A stretch of 64,000 nt of DNA, from contig JACOZN010000012.1 of the NCBI GenBank assembly GCA_016181305.1, positions 965 through 64,964 of the forward strand, read 5' to 3'. The stretch is from Candidatus Woesearchaeota archaeon (GTDB taxonomy: Archaea > Nanobdellota > Nanobdellia > Woesearchaeales > GW2011-AR4). The notes below the pieces were generated by a model. The model made no database searches. It worked only from the letters and a program-made list of their open reading frames with translations, and was not told the origin of the DNA. Below, piece after piece: positions 59,026 through 64,000 of the stretch (its first letter is position 1; the number at the start of each line of letters is the position of its first letter). The translations under genes and the position numbers were made by a program.

Positions 59026-61531
59026 ATGGAAGCAATACAAAGAATCAGGAAAAGGGACGGCACGGTAGTTGTATTTGACCAGAACAAAATAACAAATGCC
59101 ATATTCAAGGCAGCCCAGTCAGTAGGCGGCAAGGACAGGAAAATTGCACAGCAGCTGAGCGACAGGGTAGTTGAAGAGCTTGAAAAGCTTGGAAAAACAG
59201 CCCCTTCTGTTGAGGAAATCCAGGACATTGTGGAAAAGGTCCTTATTGGGCAGGGTCATGCCTCTACAGCAAAAGCTTACATTCTTTACAGGCAGCAAAG
59301 GTCCGAAGTCAGGAAAGAAAAGCAGCTGGTTCTGGAAAAGGAAGAGATTGACGAGGTTGACAAAAGGTTTGATGTAAACGCGTTGAGGGTTTTAAAGGCA
59401 AGATACCTGAGAAAAGATGCGACTGGAAAATTGACAGAAACCCCAAAGCAGCTGTTCACAAGGGTTGCTGTCCATGCTGCACTGCCTGACTTGTTCTATG
59501 ACAAGAGAGTTTTTGATATCGAAAGCAGGCAGCCGGAAAACGAGCCGGAAAGCTTCAGCCCTGTTGCAAACGAAGATAAATACAGCATTGGCAATTACAT
59601 TCTGAACAGGTATCATCTCGAAGCGCTGAAGAGAATGTACGACAGGTTCAACGACAACAAACAAATGCGTGTTTCATGGAGCAAGTTCTTTGACATGATT
59701 AAAAAAGGTGAATTCAACAATTACGAGAACAATGTTGACGAGCTTTACAATCTGATGACTCACAAGCTCTTCATGCCAAACACCCCTGCAATTGCAAATT
59801 TTGGCAATCCCTTGGGCATGGGATCCGCTTGTTTTGTGCTCCGTGTGCCAGATTCAATCGAAGGTATAATGGAAGCCCTAAAGAGCACCGCAATTGTTTT
59901 TAAAGCTGGTGGCGGAATGGGCTACAACTTCAGTGAATTAAGACCAGAAGGAGACTTTGTGTCCTCAACAGGAGGAGTAGCTTCAGGACCATTGAGCTTT
60001 ATGCGATTGTTTGACACAATGACAGAGGTGATAAAACAAGGCGGCATCAGGAGAGGCGCAAATATGGGCATTTTAAACTCCAACCATCCTGACATTGAGA
60101 AATTTATAACAGCAAAGGACGGCAACAAGGCATTGAGAAACTTCAACATAAGCGTATTGATAATGTCTGACTTTTGGGACTATTATGGCAAGAACGAGCC
60201 ATATCCATTGGTTAACCCGAAAGACGGCAAGGTTGTAAAGTATGTAAATCCAAGAGTGCTGTTTGACAAGATTGTCTACCAGGCATGGGAATCAGCAGAG
60301 CCCGGGGTCATCTTTTTTGACAAGGTGAATGAGTACAACCCTTTCTTTGAGCATCTTGGACCAATTGTAACAACTAATCCCTGCGGAGAAGTTTTATTGT
60401 ATCCAAACGAGCCATGCAACCTAGGCTCAATCAATGTGTGGGCTTTTGCAAGGACTGACTATGACGGAAACAATTATGTTGACTGGGAAAGCTTAAAGAT
60501 TGTTGTAAAAAGTTGCACAAGGTTCCTCGACAATGTCATTGATGTCAATAACTTCCCGTTAAAAGCAATTGAGGGGATGAGCTTAGCCACAAGAAAAATT
60601 GGGCTGGGGGTTATGGGTGTTGGCGACTTGCTTTACGAATTAAGATTGCCTTATAATACAGAGGAAGGCAGGAAGTTCATGGAGCAGTTGATTGAATTCA
60701 TAGCCTATTGGAGCAAAGTTGAAAGCATTGAGCTTGCAAAAGCAAGTAAGGGGGGCTTACCTTAAGGATGAGCAGCACTTTGACTGGGGCAGGCTCGCTG
60801 AAGATGTAAAAAAGTATGGAATAAGGAATGGCTACACAACAATAATTGCGCCGACAGGCAGCATTTCAATGATTGCAGGCTGCTCGTCAGGCATGGAGCC
60901 AGTCTACTCACTTGTTTTTGAGAAAAATGTCAAGGTTGGAAGCTTTTATTATGTGGACCCTGCTGCTGAAAAAGTGCTGAGGGAAGAAGGCCTGCTCAAC
61001 GACAAGCTGATGGAAGACATCAACGAGCACAAAGGCAGCATACAGATGATTGAGTACGTGCCTGAAACTATAAGAAGGGCATTGGTGACAGCAATGGATA
61101 TAACTCCTGAAGAGCATATAAGGGCGCTTGCCTCATTCCAGAAATGGGTTGACTCAAGCATTTCAAAAACAAACAACTTCCCTGCAGACGCAACTCTGGA
61201 GCACATGAGGGACAGCTACATTTTGGCTTACAAGCTTGGCTGCAAGGACGTAACTGTCTTCAGAGACAGCAGCATAAAGGATCAGGTGCTTGTTGCCCCA
61301 AAAGCCAAGGAGAAGAAGGAAGAATCCAAAATGGAAGTTGACATAAAGCCTGAAATGAAAAAAATGATAAAGGAATCCGAAAGCGGGCTGGTTTTTGCTA
61401 ACGGCAACGGAAGTGAGGCAAAGCCCACATCAAAATATACAATAAAGAACTGCCCTGAATGCGGCACAAAACTTGAGTTAAAAGAAGGCTGCCTGCACTG
61501 CCCGGGCTGCGGCTGGGGCTTGTGCATTTAA
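59026..61531 (+). pseudogene. nrdJ: Class II (AdoCbl) ribonucleotide reductase with ATP cone and C-terminal zinc ribbon, split by a +1 frameshift near 60740-60765
   Basis: ATP cone, SACF, RRGANM, TNPCGE, CNLGS in ORF 1; IAPTGSIS, SISKT, CPECG/CPGC in ORF 2. May be an assembly error. Confidence 0.8.
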
Positions 61532-61674
61532 CTTTTTGTTCTATTTTTTATTTTAAACCCTGAAAAAGAGATGCTATTTTGTTGGATATAACAGCCAACT
61601 AGATTAATTTATGGGATTTAAAGTTAGATAATAATCATAAAAACAATTCAAAAACTAATAAAAAATCAAAAAAC

Positions 61675-61990
61675 GTCGCTTCCCAGCATCTGCAACAACG
61701 GCATAAATCCGTTGACACTTTGAGGGTTTCGCTTCGCTCAAGCCCTCAATGGGAACCTAGCTCAGGACTGAACGCCTAGCTGTTTGAAATGAATAGGCGA
61801 AGCGGAGAGGCTGGGCAAGTAAGGTAATAACAATCACATTGCCTGCCGTGCCGACGAAATCAAGAGATTTCGCGGACACAATCAAAATCGAAGATTTTGA
61901 TGTGCAGAAAATTTGAAAAATTTTCTCGCACAGAAAATTGGAAAGCAATTTTCTTGTGCCGCCGAGCACAAGATTTGCGAAGCGGATTGA
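61675..61990 (+). ncRNA. Large structured leader RNA upstream of cobO (riboswitch candidate)
   Basis: GC-rich island in an AT-rich spacer, with at least eight stems. Confidence 0.5.
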
Positions 61991-62016
61991 AAAAATTAAA
62001 ACAAATTTCAAATAAA

Positions 62017-62622
62017 ATGGCTTTAACAAAAATAAAGAATGAAATCAAGGTGAAGGGCGATGACAGCAGGGAAAGCCTCGGGCTAGTCCATGTCATAACA
62101 GGCGACGGCAAGGGCAAGACAACCTCTTCACTTGGAATTGCCGTTAGGGCAGTCGGCAGCAATCTAAGGGTCCATATGATCCAGTTCCTGAAAAGCGGGT
62201 TCACAGGAGAGATTTACTCTGCAAAAAAGCTGGGCTTTGATATAGAGCAGTTCGGCGTTGACGCTATAAAGCAAAAGCAACTGAGCCAGTTTAAGGACGC
62301 AACTGGCACTTTTGTGTTTCATCCTGATGTGCAGGAAAAAGAGGCTGCATTGCTTGGCTGGGAGCATGCAAAAAACACTATCAAGAGCGGAAAATATGAT
62401 GTTGTTATCCTGGATGAGATAAACTGCGTGCTTGCGAAGGAACTTGTGCCGCTGCATGAAGTTCTTGACATTGTAAAAAGCCACGGAAAGGTTGAGATTG
62501 TAATGACGGGAAGGGACGCCCCAAAAGCATTGATTGACGCTGCCGATTACGTCAACATCGTGCAGGGCATAAAGCATCCGTGGCAGAAGGGGATTGTTGC
62601 GAGGAAAGGGATTGAGTATTAA
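62017..62622 (+). CDS. cobO: Cob(I)alamin adenosyltransferase CobO/BtuR
   Basis: TGDGKGKTTSSLG, QFLK, ILDEI, MTGR, HP...G..ARKGIEY; start re-assigned to ATG 62017. Confidence 0.93.
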   Translation: MALTKIKNEIKVKGDDSRESLGLVHVITGDGKGKTTSSLGIAVRAVGSNLRVHMIQFLKSGFTGEIYSAKKLGFDIEQFGVDAIKQKQLSQFKDATGTFVFHPDVQEKEAALLGWEHAKNTIKSGKYDVVILDEINCVLAKELVPLHEVLDIVKSHGKVEIVMTGRDAPKALIDAADYVNIVQGIKHPWQKGIVARKGIEY

Positions 62623-62627
62623 TTTGA

Positions 62628-62873
62628 TTACTTCTTTTTAAATTGGAAATAAGAGTATACAAAATAATAAATAATGGGTATTATTATTGCCAATACTAAA
62701 ATAATAAAATCATAGTAACAATAACTTGGTACAGCTCATTCTATTTCAGAAGTGCATCCTATCACAGTGCAATTTCTTAACAGATTTAAAATTAGACGAT
62801 ATAATATAAAGAGCACTATTAATGTAGAAATTGTTTTAAATATAGTTGGTTTTAAAAATCCTTTCCACTCCAT
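62628..62873 (-). pseudogene. Small two-TM membrane protein with an in-frame TGA at codon 46
   Basis: MEWKGFLKPT-TM-CTVIGCTSEIE*AVPSYC-TM-KKK; starts 1 nt after the upstream stop. Confidence 0.6.
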
Positions 62874-62874
62874 T

Positions 62875-63153
62875 TCAGATCATCTGCTCAATAACCCTAG
62901 CCATCTTGAAATCATCATGAGTCAAGCCGTTTGCCTCGTAAGTTGTTAGATGGATGGCCACTATGGTGTTTTTAATGGTGATGTCGGGAAAATGGCGCTG
63001 CCTTTCAGCTTCTTCGCCAACCTTATGAACAAATTCCATTGCCTCGTTGAAGCTGTTGAAATGAAACTCTTTGGTTATGCCGTTGCCAAACATTTCCCAT
63101 CCTTGAAGCTCTTCAAGCCTTTCATGGATGTCCTTGATGGATAAGTGCTCCAT
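62875..63153 (-). CDS. phhB: Pterin-4-alpha-carbinolamine dehydratase
   Basis: GW...KEFHFNSFNEAMEFV..V..EAE..RHFPD...LTT....GLT..DF.MA. Confidence 0.88.
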   Translation of the reverse strand: MEHLSIKDIHERLEELQGWEMFGNGITKEFHFNSFNEAMEFVHKVGEEAERQRHFPDITIKNTIVAIHLTTYEANGLTHDDFKMARVIEQMI

Positions 63154-63237
63154 ACTGCACCCTTTAAATTGATTTTATATAAATTTTGTGATAATATTTA
63201 TAAACAAAAATAGATAATCTATACTAATGTATTTGGT

Positions 63238-63597
63238 TTGAAGGTGTCTGAGCGTGTTGCAAACTATTTATTCCTCACTTTTGGAAAAGAGCACCATGAC
63301 TTGGCTTTGCAAGAGATAAAGGAAGCCAAAAATCCAGAAGAAAATACGGCTGGATTGTACCATTTTGCTGTTGAGTTTGAGAATCTTAAGCAATTGGCGG
63401 AGATTTACTTCAGGCTGAAAAGATTAAAAGTCCGATTCTCGCCTGTCAACCATGGGATAAGCAAAACTATTTATTTTGAGGACCCTGACGGCAACGGAAT
63501 AGAGGTTTATGTTGATACTAGGAATGAAAGAAAGGAGTGGAAAGGAATGTCATCTTTCATACAAGAAGAGGATTTTGAAAAATGGCTGAAAAAATAA
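63238..63597 (+). CDS. VOC/glyoxalase family protein, 5'-truncated
   Basis: HHDLAL, GLYHFA, HGISKTIYFEDPDGNGIEVY; the first beta strand with its His is missing before YTNVFGLKV. Confidence 0.75.
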   Translation: MKVSERVANYLFLTFGKEHHDLALQEIKEAKNPEENTAGLYHFAVEFENLKQLAEIYFRLKRLKVRFSPVNHGISKTIYFEDPDGNGIEVYVDTRNERKEWKGMSSFIQEEDFEKWLKK

Positions 63598-64000
63598 AAC
63601 TATCAAAAAATGCATTGATGATACTTGAGCAGCGCTATCTGAAGAAAAACGATAAAGGCAAAGTAATTGAAAAGCCCGAAGACTTGTTCAGGAGGGTCGC
63701 CAACAACATAGCGCAGGCAGATTCAAAATACAAGAATAGTAAAAAAAACATAAAACAAACAGAGAATGAATTCTACAATTTGATGGCTTCTCTGGACTTT
63801 TTGCCGAACTCTCCAACCTTGTTCAATGCAGGGAGAAAACTGCAGCAATTGGCAGCCTGCTTTGTATTGCCAATTGAGGATGATATACATTCAATCTTCA
63901 AGACTTTGCACGATGCTGCCCTAGTCCACAAGACAGGCGCAGGCACAGGCTTTAATTTCTCAAAATTAAGGCCAAAAGGCGACATGATAGAAAGCGCAGG
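63582..64000 (+). CDS. nrdJ: Second class II ribonucleotide reductase (partial, no ATP cone)
   Basis: Not in track. MAEKIKLSKNALMILEQRYL...FLPNSPTLFNAG..QQLAACFVLP...GTGFNFSKLRP. Confidence 0.9.
   Translation, partial: MAEKIKLSKNALMILEQRYLKKNDKGKVIEKPEDLFRRVANNIAQADSKYKNSKKNIKQTENEFYNLMASLDFLPNSPTLFNAGRKLQQLAACFVLPIEDDIHSIFKTLHDAALVHKTGAGTGFNFSKLRPKGDMIESA

Noticed and set aside
61790..61820. HDV-like ribozyme resemblance (GGCTGGGCAA / CCCAGCCTCTCCGCT)
   Set aside because: P3 and P1 of the nested double pseudoknot cannot be formed.
61855..61958. CRISPR array
   Set aside because: The hairpins are non-identical, have no spacer-length gaps, and no cas genes are present.
61897..62016. N-terminal extension of cobO given by the ORF track
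   Set aside because: It runs through the hairpin array; ATG 62017 gives a normal-length protein.

Overview
Archaeal chromosomal window, most consistent with a DPANN (Woesearchaeota-like) genome. That placement is inferred from SRP54, RFC-L, TATA/BRE promoters, a BHB-intron tRNA, a double-domain Lrp and a free-standing LAGLIDADG gene. It holds housekeeping genes (EndoQ, srp54, thrS, cysS, valS, glyS, rfcL, two class II ribonucleotide reductases, cobO). It also holds a ~26 kb cluster (20.9-46.9 kb) of giant Cys-rich surface proteins, four class III signal (pilin-like) paralogues, a lytic transglycosylase and two tiny unannotated regulators. The most notable signals are below the ORF-track cutoff. 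(1) Short uORFs with their own promoters end in runs of the cognate amino acid upstream of synthetase loci: MNAKLTLNSATSLLTASTTTTTA before thrS and MIRQDYYRCCYCC before tRNA-Cys/cysS. This suggests leader-peptide attenuation in an archaeon. (2) A two-copy pseudoknot-like RNA motif shows covariation. (3) A tRNA-Cys carries two introns and has a LAGLIDADG gene at its 5' end. (4) Tandem bacterial-type NrdR boxes sit in an archaeal promoter. (5) A ~310-nt structured leader precedes cobO. All assignments come from reading the sequence; no searches were run.
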